Shown here piece after piece: positions 17,905 to 25,951 of a stretch of 27,693 bases of DNA. The notes under the pieces were generated by a model. It was not told where the DNA came from and did no database searches. It was given only the letters and a program-made list of their open reading frames with translations. The number at the start of each line of letters is the position of its first letter. The stretch's first letter is position 1. Origin of the DNA: Nitrososphaerota archaeon (lineage in GTDB: Archaea > Thermoproteota > Nitrososphaeria > Nitrososphaerales > Nitrosopumilaceae). Both the position numbers and the translations under genes were made by a program. The stretch spans positions 1-27,693 of the forward strand of contig JADFLH010000018.1 of NCBI GenBank assembly GCA_022564515.1, written 5' to 3'.

Positions 17905-19023
17905 ATGAAAACAGAGTCTAAAACTGCGATTATTTTGGGAGGAATCATAATAACCATAATTGTTGGAATTAGTGTTGGGCTTTCATCACTAGAATCAACT
18001 TCATTGGAACCAATCCAAACTATTCAAAATGGAGATAATGCGTTACGCCTTACAAATATTGATAAATCCAGATTCAAGGTGGTGCCTAATTTAGTCGGAA
18101 TATCTGATTATATCAATACAACACCTGAACAGCTAGCTAAAGATATTGAAGGAAAAGTGGTTTTGTATGATATTTGGACATATAGTTGTATTAATTGTAT
18201 CAGAACTTTACCCTATGTTACTGCCTGGAATGAAAAATATGCCGATGAGGGATTATTAATAATCGGGATTCATTCTCCAGAGTTTGAATTTGAAAAAGAT
18301 GTAAAAAATGTACAAATGGCGGTAGACAAACATGGTATTAATTATCCAGTTGTTCTCGATAACGAAAAGCAAACTTGGAAAGCTTTTGAAAACAGATACT
18401 GGCCAAGAAAATACATTTCAGATCATGAAGGATACATTAGATATGATCACATAGGAGAAGGCGCTTATCAAAAGACAGAAAAAGTGATACAACTGCTACT
18501 TGAAGAAAGAGCGATAGCACTTGGAATGCAACCCGCTTCTGCAGAATCTTTAGTGGATATTAAAGAATTTCAACATACTTCATTTAGAACTCCAGAATTA
18601 TACTTTGGATACAAATTTGCACAAGGAAGGAATCAGCTAGGAAGCCCTGAAGGATTTAATCCTGGAAGGGATGTAACTTATTCTATTCCACAAGACCTAA
18701 AACAGCACTATTTCTATTTGGATGGAACATGGCAAAACTTGCAAGGAAGTATGAAATTGATTTCAAATTCAGGGTCCATCGTTCTCCCATATCATGCAAA
18801 AGAGGTAAACATAGTAACTGGCAGTGAAGGAGAGTTAGAAATCTTACTTGATAAGAAACCAATCCCCGTTTCTTATGCCGGAAAAGATGTTGTTTCAGGA
18901 ACTGTGAATGTTCAAGTGCCAGACCTATACAATATTGTAACAAGTGAGGATCCTGCCTCACACCTGCTTAGAATCAATATTTCAAAGTCGGGTTTTGAGA
19001 TCTTTACCTTTACTTTTGGTTAA
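17905..19023 (+). CDS. Membrane-anchored thioredoxin-like (redoxin/DipZ C-terminal type) protein
   Basis: 372 aa. N-terminal TM anchor, active site WTYSCINCIRTLP, IGIHSPEFEFEK...YWPRKY typical of the thioredoxin part of DipZ-like proteins, plus a ~170-aa beta-rich C-terminal domain. Starts 4 nt after ccdA. Confidence 0.8.
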   Translation: MKTESKTAIILGGIIITIIVGISVGLSSLESTSLEPIQTIQNGDNALRLTNIDKSRFKVVPNLVGISDYINTTPEQLAKDIEGKVVLYDIWTYSCINCIRTLPYVTAWNEKYADEGLLIIGIHSPEFEFEKDVKNVQMAVDKHGINYPVVLDNEKQTWKAFENRYWPRKYISDHEGYIRYDHIGEGAYQKTEKVIQLLLEERAIALGMQPASAESLVDIKEFQHTSFRTPELYFGYKFAQGRNQLGSPEGFNPGRDVTYSIPQDLKQHYFYLDGTWQNLQGSMKLISNSGSIVLPYHAKEVNIVTGSEGELEILLDKKPIPVSYAGKDVVSGTVNVQVPDLYNIVTSEDPASHLLRINISKSGFEIFTFTFG

Positions 19024-19146
19024 TTTGTAACACTAGTGGTATGTCACTGAGGTTACAGTTTAGAAGGCTACAGATTTCTTTAAAACCTATTTCTAAATCA
19101 GATTATGAGGATTCATAATTTGATACTAAAGTTAGGTGGAACCAAT

Positions 19147-19767
19147 ATGCGAGGAGGCTTTTCACAAAAAGTATTTGACAAAATAAAACCTGAGGCACCA
19201 CTTAAAAATAAAATTGATGATGCACAAAAAAAGCTAGAACTTCAAATTACAAAATTAGATGGCATTCATGAAAAATTACAGAAAAAACATGAATTTGTTT
19301 TTGAGAAAATTGTTAATGCTCAAAGATCTAATAATTATACATATGCAAAAGCATATGCAATTGAACTTAATCAAATTCGCAAGATGAGAAATATGATTGG
19401 CGGAGCAAAACTTGCCATGGAACAAATTAACATTAGACTTGATACCGTTTCTGAATTAGGAGATGTTGTGGTTACACTTAGTCCAACAATGTCAATAATT
19501 AAAGGACTTAGTGCATCTCTTAGCGGAATAATGCCTGAGGCAAATGTGTACATGCAAGATCTATCTAACATTTTAGGAGATGTACTGAAAGGCTCTACAG
19601 TTAGTGGAAACAATGCTTTAGGTATTAATGATAATTCTAATTCAGAGACATTGGCGATCCTAGAAGAAGCACATAATATTATCGAAGGAAATACAAAGGC
19701 AAGTATTCCTGAAGTGCCTTCTGAACTTAATGAAAAAGTGGAATTAAAAAAGGAAGCCATCATTTAA
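19147..19767 (+). CDS. Snf7/ESCRT-III family protein (CdvB-like paralog)
   Basis: Helical-hairpin N-terminal half (KNKIDDAQKKLELQITKLDGIHEKLQKKHEFVFEKIV...AKAYAIELNQIRKM) and an acidic C-terminal tail. An alternative upstream ATG at 19105 would add 14 aa. Confidence 0.8.
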   Translation: MRGGFSQKVFDKIKPEAPLKNKIDDAQKKLELQITKLDGIHEKLQKKHEFVFEKIVNAQRSNNYTYAKAYAIELNQIRKMRNMIGGAKLAMEQINIRLDTVSELGDVVVTLSPTMSIIKGLSASLSGIMPEANVYMQDLSNILGDVLKGSTVSGNNALGINDNSNSETLAILEEAHNIIEGNTKASIPEVPSELNEKVELKKEAII

Positions 19768-19822
19768 TGGAACGATCTGACTATTCAATTTCATAGTTCC
19801 TTTTACTTGAAAAAAAATTATT

Positions 19823-20164
19823 TTATTTTGATTTTTTTCTGCTTATTTGAACCAAAATTTTTTTGATTCTTGAAATAGTAGGATAGCTATAACCGCGTCG
19901 TCTGTAATTGGCAATCATCATTTTCCAATTTTTAAGACGCCATTGAGCTTGTTCATTTGTGACAGAATGTACTTCTTTTTGAATAATGCTTTTTCTTCCA
20001 ACTTTAAGAATTCCAGCATCTTTTGCAGTCCATCTATTTTTAGCAAATTTCAATCCAGCAAGAATTTCTTCAACAGGCATTTCTCTAAAGTAAACTTTTA
20101 ATTTTTTTAATTGAATATCAGTAAGGGTATTAGATATAGTTAGTTCAATTTTTCTACTTTGCAT
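19823..20164 (-). CDS. Hypothetical basic protein
   Basis: 113-aa ORF with an Arg/Lys-rich C-terminus (ANYRRRGYSYPTISRIKKILVQISRKKSK). No recognised family. Confidence 0.5.
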   Translation of the reverse strand: MQSRKIELTISNTLTDIQLKKLKVYFREMPVEEILAGLKFAKNRWTAKDAGILKVGRKSIIQKEVHSVTNEQAQWRLKNWKMMIANYRRRGYSYPTISRIKKILVQISRKKSK

Positions 20165-20246
20165 ACTTTATCTTGTATCTTATTGCTTAAGAAAATCATG
20201 CTAAACTAGATTTTACAAGATATTGAAAAACGTACTCAATTTTTTA

Positions 20247-20369
20247 TCAACAATCTACAATATTTACATTGGAATTTTTACAAATCGTATTATAAATTCC
20301 AATGCCGAAAATAATGACCCCAAAAATTACTAATGGCAAGACAATCAATAACTTGGACCTGAGTCCCAT
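20247..20369 (-). CDS. Candidate single-TM mini-protein (40 aa)
   Basis: Hand-translated: MGLRSKLLIVLPLVIFGVIIFGIGIYNTICKNSNVNIVDC. Lies in an otherwise empty 258-bp gap. Confidence 0.3.
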   Translation of the reverse strand: MGLRSKLLIVLPLVIFGVIIFGIGIYNTICKNSNVNIVDC

Positions 20370-20422
20370 AACATTGTTTTAAAAATCATCTATAAATTCT
20401 AATAAAAATCAATCATCCTTGA

Positions 20423-20839
20423 TTATTTAACTTCAATTGCAAAAATTCCCTTCGAATTAGGATCCTGTAATAATTTAATCATTTTTCTTGGGATTGAATT
20501 AGATGCCTTATTACAACACACAGCTAATGTTCGCGGGCAAACAAAATTACTTTTTCTTATTACAATATCATTGGGATGACTTAGAACAAGATCTTTGTGT
20601 CCTTTTCCTATTATTTCAAACGATTGATTATCCACCTTTATTGAAAATTTAACAACCGAATTGTGGTTTTTCAACTTTTTTTTGATTTCTTTTGGTATGT
20701 CATTGCAACCACTTGCTGCATTTACGCCTATAATACAATCCCCCGCAGTTGTCAAATCAGATTCTTTTGTAATCTCTATAGTTTTTTCATGAAGTGATCT
20801 AATATTTTTATGACCTGAAAATTCAATTTGAAAACGCAC
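20423..20839 (-). CDS. DUF371-family protein
   Basis: 138 aa. The N-terminal pattern GHKNIRSLHEKTIEITKESDLTTAGDCIIGV resembles the archaeal DUF371 signature as I recall it. Divergent from psmA. Confidence 0.6.
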   Translation of the reverse strand: MRFQIEFSGHKNIRSLHEKTIEITKESDLTTAGDCIIGVNAASGCNDIPKEIKKKLKNHNSVVKFSIKVDNQSFEIIGKGHKDLVLSHPNDIVIRKSNFVCPRTLAVCCNKASNSIPRKMIKLLQDPNSKGIFAIEVK

Positions 20840-20891
20840 ATTTTGAAGGTGTGGCTAGACTTAAATTAAACTTTCAAAACATGAAAATGAA

Positions 20892-21632
20892 TTGCTTCCT
20901 GCACAACAAGGTTACGATAGAGCTATCACAGTTTTTTCTCCGGATGGTAGATTGTATCAAGTTGAATATGCTATTGAAACTGTAAGAAGAGGTACCATTG
21001 CAGTCGGAATAAAAACAAAAGACGGTGTCGTAATAGCAGTTGAGGAAAAACCTCGGAAATTACAAATTTCAGAAATTGCACAAAAAATTTTTCAAATAGA
21101 TGATCATATAGGAGTTGCCGCCGCAGGATACATACCAGATGCGCGTAGCCAAGTGGATAACGCTCGATTCTTTTCACAAAGTAACAAGTTGATTTATGAT
21201 GTACCAGTGGATATTGAAACCGTAGTAAAACACCTAGCTGATCAGTGTCAACAATTCACACAATTTGCAGGGGTCAGGCCATTTGGGGTTTCATTGATAA
21301 TTGGAGGAGTTGATGATGATAAAAAAAGTCAATTATTTCTTTCAGATCCAAGTGGCACTTACATTTCTTATGATGCAGTAGCGATTGGTTCGGGTTCTGA
21401 ACAAGTAACAGAATTTTTAGAAAAAAACTACAAAACCGATATTTCACTTGAAGATGCCTCAATTTTAGCAACTGCATCGATTTATCTGTCAAGTGAAGAT
21501 AAGGAAGGCACCAAGCACATAAGGATAGCTCAAATCAAATCGGATTCAAAACAATTTGAAATTATTTCAGAAAAACAAGTAGCAAACCTTGCAAAACTTG
21601 CCAAGGAAAAATTTCCTGCTGAAGAGAGTTAG
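20892..21632 (+). CDS. psmA: Proteasome subunit alpha
   Basis: 246 aa. Canonical N-terminus GYDRAITVFSPDGRLYQVEYA. TTG start with no in-frame ATG upstream of the conserved motif. Confidence 0.95.
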   Translation: MLPAQQGYDRAITVFSPDGRLYQVEYAIETVRRGTIAVGIKTKDGVVIAVEEKPRKLQISEIAQKIFQIDDHIGVAAAGYIPDARSQVDNARFFSQSNKLIYDVPVDIETVVKHLADQCQQFTQFAGVRPFGVSLIIGGVDDDKKSQLFLSDPSGTYISYDAVAIGSGSEQVTEFLEKNYKTDISLEDASILATASIYLSSEDKEGTKHIRIAQIKSDSKQFEIISEKQVANLAKLAKEKFPAEES

Positions 21633-21654
21633 AATAGATTTTTTATAATTAATT

Positions 21655-22497
21655 TTGAATGAATTGTTGTTGACCATATCAATCGCAATACCTAATTCAT
21701 CATTATCAGATGGAGTTACTCAATTGGAAAAGACTAGAAAAATTTCCGATATTGCTAGGGCGTGCGCAATCTTCAAAGTAGATACTATCTACTTGTATAA
21801 AGAAAGTGATAATAAAGATGATAATCAACTTTTGATTTCAGTTCTAAAATATCTAGAAACGCCCCCTTTCTTAAGAAAAAGACTTTTTCAGAAAATCAAT
21901 GAATTAAAGTATGCGGGGGTCTTACATCCTCTAAAAATTTCAAGTCATGTAAAACATGCAGATTCAAAAAAAATCAAAGTAGGCGAAATCAGAGATGGTG
22001 TGGTTATTAGTTCTAAAGGAAAAAAATTTGTTGATTTAGGAATAAACCAACTAATGCAGTATTTTGGTAAAGCAAATGTTGGAAAACGAATAACAGTGCA
22101 ATTTAGGAAAGGATATCCTGACTTTATCATAAAAGAAATTTCAAATGAACAGATTCCGGAATATTGGGGCTACAAAGTCAAAGAAAAAGGAAATTTATTT
22201 TCACTTATCTCATCTTGGTCAGGAAAAATCATTTTAACTTCAAAAAAAGGCAAATTGATCACAAAATCACTAATCAAAAATTATTTGAATCTAAATGAAC
22301 CAATTCTTCTTGTTTTTGGATCACCATCCAAGGGTATTCATGAAATTTTAGGTAGTAAAATTAAACAAACTCAAAATGCTAGATTTTTGAATTTTTTTCC
22401 TGTACAAGCAACTGAAACAATAAGACTTGAAGAAGCAGTTTTTGCTAGTCTCGCAATTTTAAACTTTGAACAATCCTCTACAATTAATATGAATTAA
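21655..22497 (+). CDS. DUF171-type SPOUT superfamily putative RNA methyltransferase
   Basis: 280 aa. N-terminal LTISIAIPNSSLSD...KISDIARACAIFKVDTIYLY and C-terminal LLVFGSPSKGIHEIL (knot-like region) match the DUF171 layout as recalled. TTG start. Confidence 0.7.
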   Translation: MNELLLTISIAIPNSSLSDGVTQLEKTRKISDIARACAIFKVDTIYLYKESDNKDDNQLLISVLKYLETPPFLRKRLFQKINELKYAGVLHPLKISSHVKHADSKKIKVGEIRDGVVISSKGKKFVDLGINQLMQYFGKANVGKRITVQFRKGYPDFIIKEISNEQIPEYWGYKVKEKGNLFSLISSWSGKIILTSKKGKLITKSLIKNYLNLNEPILLVFGSPSKGIHEILGSKIKQTQNARFLNFFPVQATETIRLEEAVFASLAILNFEQSSTINMN

Positions 22498-22505
22498 GAA
22501 TAGTT

Positions 22506-22616
22506 ATGGTGGAACCAAAAAATTTTTTAATTTTAGCTATTGTGATGGGCGTAATTGGAATCATTATTGGTAGTGTTAGTCTTTGGTTAACAACAACTAA
22601 ATTGTTACAACCATAA
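22506..22616 (+). CDS. Candidate single-TM mini-protein (36 aa)
   Basis: Hand-translated: MVEPKNFLILAIVMGVIGIIIGSVSLWLTTTKLLQP. Starts 9 nt after the stop of the DUF171 gene. Confidence 0.35.
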   Translation: MVEPKNFLILAIVMGVIGIIIGSVSLWLTTTKLLQP

Positions 22617-22788
22617 AGATTATTTTCATAAAAATTTCAAAAAATTATACAAAATTTTAGTAGGCATACAAAGTGGTATTTTTTAACCCTATTAGAACAC
22701 TGAAAAGCTAAATCTTCGTGATGAAAGTCTTAACGAATTCATTGACAGAGAAAAATGCATTCCCACGTGTAGTCGTGATTTACTCACA

Positions 22789-23373
22789 TTAACTAATTTT
22801 ATCTAAAACCATTCTCATAAATTTAAGACTGGGATCATCATCCCATAAATTATCTAAAATGGATTCAACATGGACGTAAACATTTCCCTTAACGCATCTT
22901 AATTCATAAACTTGTTTTGGATAAGAACCATTTGATGTTGATTTGTACGTTCCAAAACATGTTGCATTATAAGCACTGGATTTGGTTGTTTCAAAACTGC
23001 CGTCATCTATAAGATGTTGTGTTTGCCCAGTGTAGAAATTAAAACTGTTTAACGGATTATCAAACATGAAAACCCCAACTGAAATTGAAGTTATAAAGAA
23101 ATCCTCTGTCTTGACATAACGTTGAGTAGATCCTATTGTAAATCCTTCTGCATCCAGAGTATTCTCCAAGTGAGATGACTTTATTTCCAAAATTGTTCCA
23201 ACATCACTTCTTGTTGGGAGTAACTGCTCTGGGGGTTTTGTAACGATAATTTCTCTTGGCTGTTCGCTAACTTCGCTAGGAGATAGTTCATAAAAGATGT
23301 CTCCCAATATTATAATTCCTATTACAGCTATTCCAATAAATGCAATACCAGCAATAATTTTTTGCTTTCCCAA
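22789..23373 (-). CDS. Membrane-anchored extracytoplasmic hypothetical protein
   Basis: 194 aa. N-terminal anchor IIAGIAFIGIAVIGIIILG, then a beta-rich domain with two Cys. No recognised family. Confidence 0.55.
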   Translation of the reverse strand: MGKQKIIAGIAFIGIAVIGIIILGDIFYELSPSEVSEQPREIIVTKPPEQLLPTRSDVGTILEIKSSHLENTLDAEGFTIGSTQRYVKTEDFFITSISVGVFMFDNPLNSFNFYTGQTQHLIDDGSFETTKSSAYNATCFGTYKSTSNGSYPKQVYELRCVKGNVYVHVESILDNLWDDDPSLKFMRMVLDKIS

Positions 23374-23557
23374 TCAGAGTAACAATGTAAAAGTAATAAA
23401 TTAACATTTTTTATATGGATTTGTGAATTTTTTTTCAGAATTTTTGCTTTCTAAACGCAAATCAATTCAAGTGGCGATTTCAAGTCTGAAACGATAAGTG
23501 TTCTTATAATTTTCAGTTTACATCAAATGAAAAAATAAAGAAGAGCCGGTTTTATTT

Positions 23558-23842
23558 CTACAGTATTCTACTACTCGTTCCTCGATTTGTGACTATAATA
23601 CAGCCATTCGTTGAATAGATCTTAGGTCTTGATTTTGGATAATTTTCAACTTTTACGCAGGCTGTGCCTCTACATATCGTCACAGTCTCGTTTGCTGAAA
23701 CTCCTTTCATTTTTTCTTGTAGATACTCTCGATAAGGTTCCCCCGCCCAATTTGGGGAATGTACATCAATTCTTTGGACTGTAGTACCTCTTCCGCTTAC
23801 CAGACTTGCTCTCATAATCAATTCATAAAATGAATATGACAT
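23558..23842 (-). CDS. Hypothetical protein
   Basis: 94-aa ORF with no recognised motif. Confidence 0.45.
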   Translation of the reverse strand: MSYSFYELIMRASLVSGRGTTVQRIDVHSPNWAGEPYREYLQEKMKGVSANETVTICRGTACVKVENYPKSRPKIYSTNGCIIVTNRGTSSRIL

Positions 23843-24173
23843 AAAACCAGCTGTCTATTTTTTTTTGTGTACTATGATGTTTATGAAATATGAAAAACTT
23901 ATTTTTTCATAGTTAGACTCATAAATTTTTTAGTTAATAAAAAAAATTTTATTCATTTTTCATGAATTGAAGTGAATTTTTATAAAATTTATGGGTGTAT
24001 ATTAATTGACAATTTTTCCCTAGTTTTTTACAAACAATTCGTATCAAATGTTAAATCCGTTGTATATTCAAGAATTTTTCCTTGTATTTTATGTAACGGA
24101 TATTTTTCTTAATTTGATTGAAAAGCATCAAAAATCAAAATAATATAACCTTAGATTGCATAATTAAAATTTA

Positions 24174-24404
24174 ATGAGTAAGGGCGAAGAATTTCATTTT
24201 CCTCCAGAAATTGATGAAGAATATCAAAAATTTTGTTATGAATTATTCCTGAGAGATAAAAAGGGTGAAAAAATTGATTATGCAAAAGAATCAATGAATT
24301 TTTGGAACCAAAAAATAAAGGAAGCAGTTGATAGTGTAAAAACCTTAACTGATAATGTTGTAGATCAGTTAGAGCACGATAAACCTGGGAAAAAAGTATT
24401 CTAG
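24174..24404 (+). CDS. Hypothetical small acidic protein
   Basis: 76-aa ORF preceded by a 330-bp AT-rich spacer. It ends 27 nt before repeat copy 1. Confidence 0.45.
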   Translation: MSKGEEFHFPPEIDEEYQKFCYELFLRDKKGEKIDYAKESMNFWNQKIKEAVDSVKTLTDNVVDQLEHDKPGKKVF

Positions 24405-24431
24405 TGTTTACTAGGCGTGCAGATACTCTTC

Positions 24432-24747
24432 TTTAGTTTTATATTCATTGTCTGGGAATTTTAATTACATACAACCAAACTTAACTCGTTTTAAATAATT
24501 GATATTGTATCCCCCAGCAAATCATGTCTTACCTCTTTCAACCAGTAAAATTTTTGGGGGATACTCCGTATTTTCACAATAGAACATAAATCACTCTTGA
24601 TCCAGATGTATCTAAGATAAAGTGCTAATTAGTATAGACCGAAATAGCCCAGTTCGCAGAGGGATGGAATAAATGATGCCGCTCTTCTTACCCTTTTTTT
24701 GTTTTGATTAAATAACGATACTCTCTTTTAGGACTTTTTTTACATTT
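24432..24747. repeat. 316-bp direct repeat, copy 1 (identical to 25952-26267)
   Basis: Compared base by base with copy 2 at a constant offset of 1520 bp and found no mismatch. The flanks diverge immediately on both sides. No ORF longer than ~21 codons. Confidence 0.97.
24507..24564. other. GC-rich inverted repeat/hairpin inside repeat copy 1 (10-bp perfect stem GTATCCCCCA/TGGGGGATAC, 38-nt loop)
   Basis: 24507-24516 is the exact reverse complement of 24555-24564. This is G/C-rich in an AT-rich context. Confidence 0.8.
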
Positions 24748-25085
24748 CATAACAATTGTTTACAGTTTGCATCAAATGTAAATCAAGATTCTTTTTCTAG
24801 AGATGGGATGAGAATAAAGCCAGAATTGAGAGATGGGTAGTGCAAACATATAGGCTATGACTTTATTCTTCAAGGTAATCTGACGCGGCTTGGAATAAAA
24901 GTAGGCTGGAAAATTAGTTCAAAATTAGTTACCAAATTGGAAATTCAATTCATTAAATCTGTTATCAGTTCATATCAAACTAATCATGAAAATTCGTAAT
25001 TGATAAAGTAACTAAACAAAATTAGAGTAAAAGTTACAAAGTATCCAATTTAGGAACGCAAATAACAATTTAGTTATAGGTCATT

Positions 25086-25343
25086 ATGCAATGGGTTGAA
25101 GCACTCCTAAGAAAATCATGTGATAAAACATTAACGAAAGCAGAGGTTTTGCATAGTCTTTTCCACATGATAGAAGTAAACGAGAATACCTTAAACCACA
25201 TCCAAACGCATAAGAAAGACTTTGGACCTGAACTTGAAGAAATCACTCAAACGGAAATCCACGATTTAGACTTTCATCTAAAGTATTATCGTAGTCTTGT
25301 AAATTACATTAATTCAATGCCTGAAAACAAAATTGTTGAGTAA
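25086..25343 (+). CDS. Hypothetical helical protein (first gene of the repeat-bracketed cassette)
   Basis: 85-aa ORF, 49 nt upstream of and co-oriented with the NUMOD3-repeat gene. Confidence 0.45.
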   Translation: MQWVEALLRKSCDKTLTKAEVLHSLFHMIEVNENTLNHIQTHKKDFGPELEEITQTEIHDLDFHLKYYRSLVNYINSMPENKIVE

Positions 25344-25392
25344 ACTCCGTTTTCCTGAAAATTCTTAATTCTTAGTTTAATCCAGAAAATTC

Positions 25393-25893
25393 ATGAGTTC
25401 CAATGATGATGAAAATGCCACTCCCGAAAAATTAAAAGTACATCATGAAAAACCGATGAGGGCAAGACATCATTCAGAAGAAACTAGAAGAAAATTAAGT
25501 ATTGCACAAAAAGGAAAACGTCATTCAGAAGAAACTCTAAGAAAAATGTCCGAATCTCACAAGGGCCACACTCCATGGAACAAAGGAAGAAAGGGCGTCT
25601 ACTCAGAAGAAACCCTAAGAAAAATATCCGAATCTTTGAAAGCTAGAACTTTAACAAGAAAAATAAAGAAATTATCATTATCAGCTGGAAGAAAAACGTC
25701 GATATCTCACAAGGGCCACACTCCATGGAACAGAGGTAGGAAAGAAATAAGATCAAATGTTTTACACAAACAATCATTATCTCATTTAGGAAAAAACCCC
25801 ACTTTAGAAACTCTGAGAAAAATATCCGAATCTCTTGAAGAAATGAAGACATCCTTGAAAGAGTATGAGAAACAACTTAAATCGAAAAAGTAG
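25393..25893 (+). CDS. Protein made of tandem NUMOD3-like DNA-binding repeats, with no nuclease domain
   Basis: 166 aa. Repeated units are HSEETRRKLSIAQKGK, HSEETLRKMSESHKGHTPWNKGRKG, YSEETLRKISESLKAR, KTSISHKGHTPWNRGRK and TLETLRKISESLEE. They match the HSEETK-x-KIS-x-x-x-KG pattern of NUMOD3 modules of GIY-YIG/HNH homing endonucleases. A 29-bp perfect internal DNA repeat occurs at 25554-25582 and 25704-25732. Confidence 0.7.
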   Translation: MSSNDDENATPEKLKVHHEKPMRARHHSEETRRKLSIAQKGKRHSEETLRKMSESHKGHTPWNKGRKGVYSEETLRKISESLKARTLTRKIKKLSLSAGRKTSISHKGHTPWNRGRKEIRSNVLHKQSLSHLGKNPTLETLRKISESLEEMKTSLKEYEKQLKSKK

Positions 25894-25951
25894 TTTATTT
25901 TTCAATACAATAATCTGCAAGATTAAATATAAATCCACAGGGATGCGAACA

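Noticed and set aside
19371-19763. 130-aa minus-strand ORF
   Set aside because: It is fully antisense to the Snf7/CdvB-like gene, so it is a shadow ORF.
23889-23911. 9-bp-stem hairpin TATGAAAAA-cttat-TTTTTCATA in the 23843-24173 spacer
   Set aside because: The stem is almost entirely A/T in an extremely AT-rich spacer. It is easily produced by chance and thermodynamically weak.
24055-24101. 7-bp inverted repeat ATCCGTT...AACGGAT with a 33-nt spacer upstream of the 76-aa ORF
   Set aside because: It is a short single occurrence, which is not enough to call a regulatory site.
24671-24700. ATGATGC (C-box-like) sequence inside the 316-bp repeat, considered as a C/D-box sRNA
   Set aside because: I found no matching D box (CTGA) or C'/D' boxes at suitable spacing on either strand.
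24799-24837. AGAGATGGG 9-mer repeated twice, 30 bp apart, in the spacer between repeat copy 1 and the 85-aa ORF
   Set aside because: There are only two short copies. It could be a binding-site pair but is not distinguishable from chance without comparative data.
25643-25852. 69-aa minus-strand ORF
   Set aside because: It is antisense to the NUMOD3-repeat gene, and its repetitiveness simply mirrors the sense-strand repeats.
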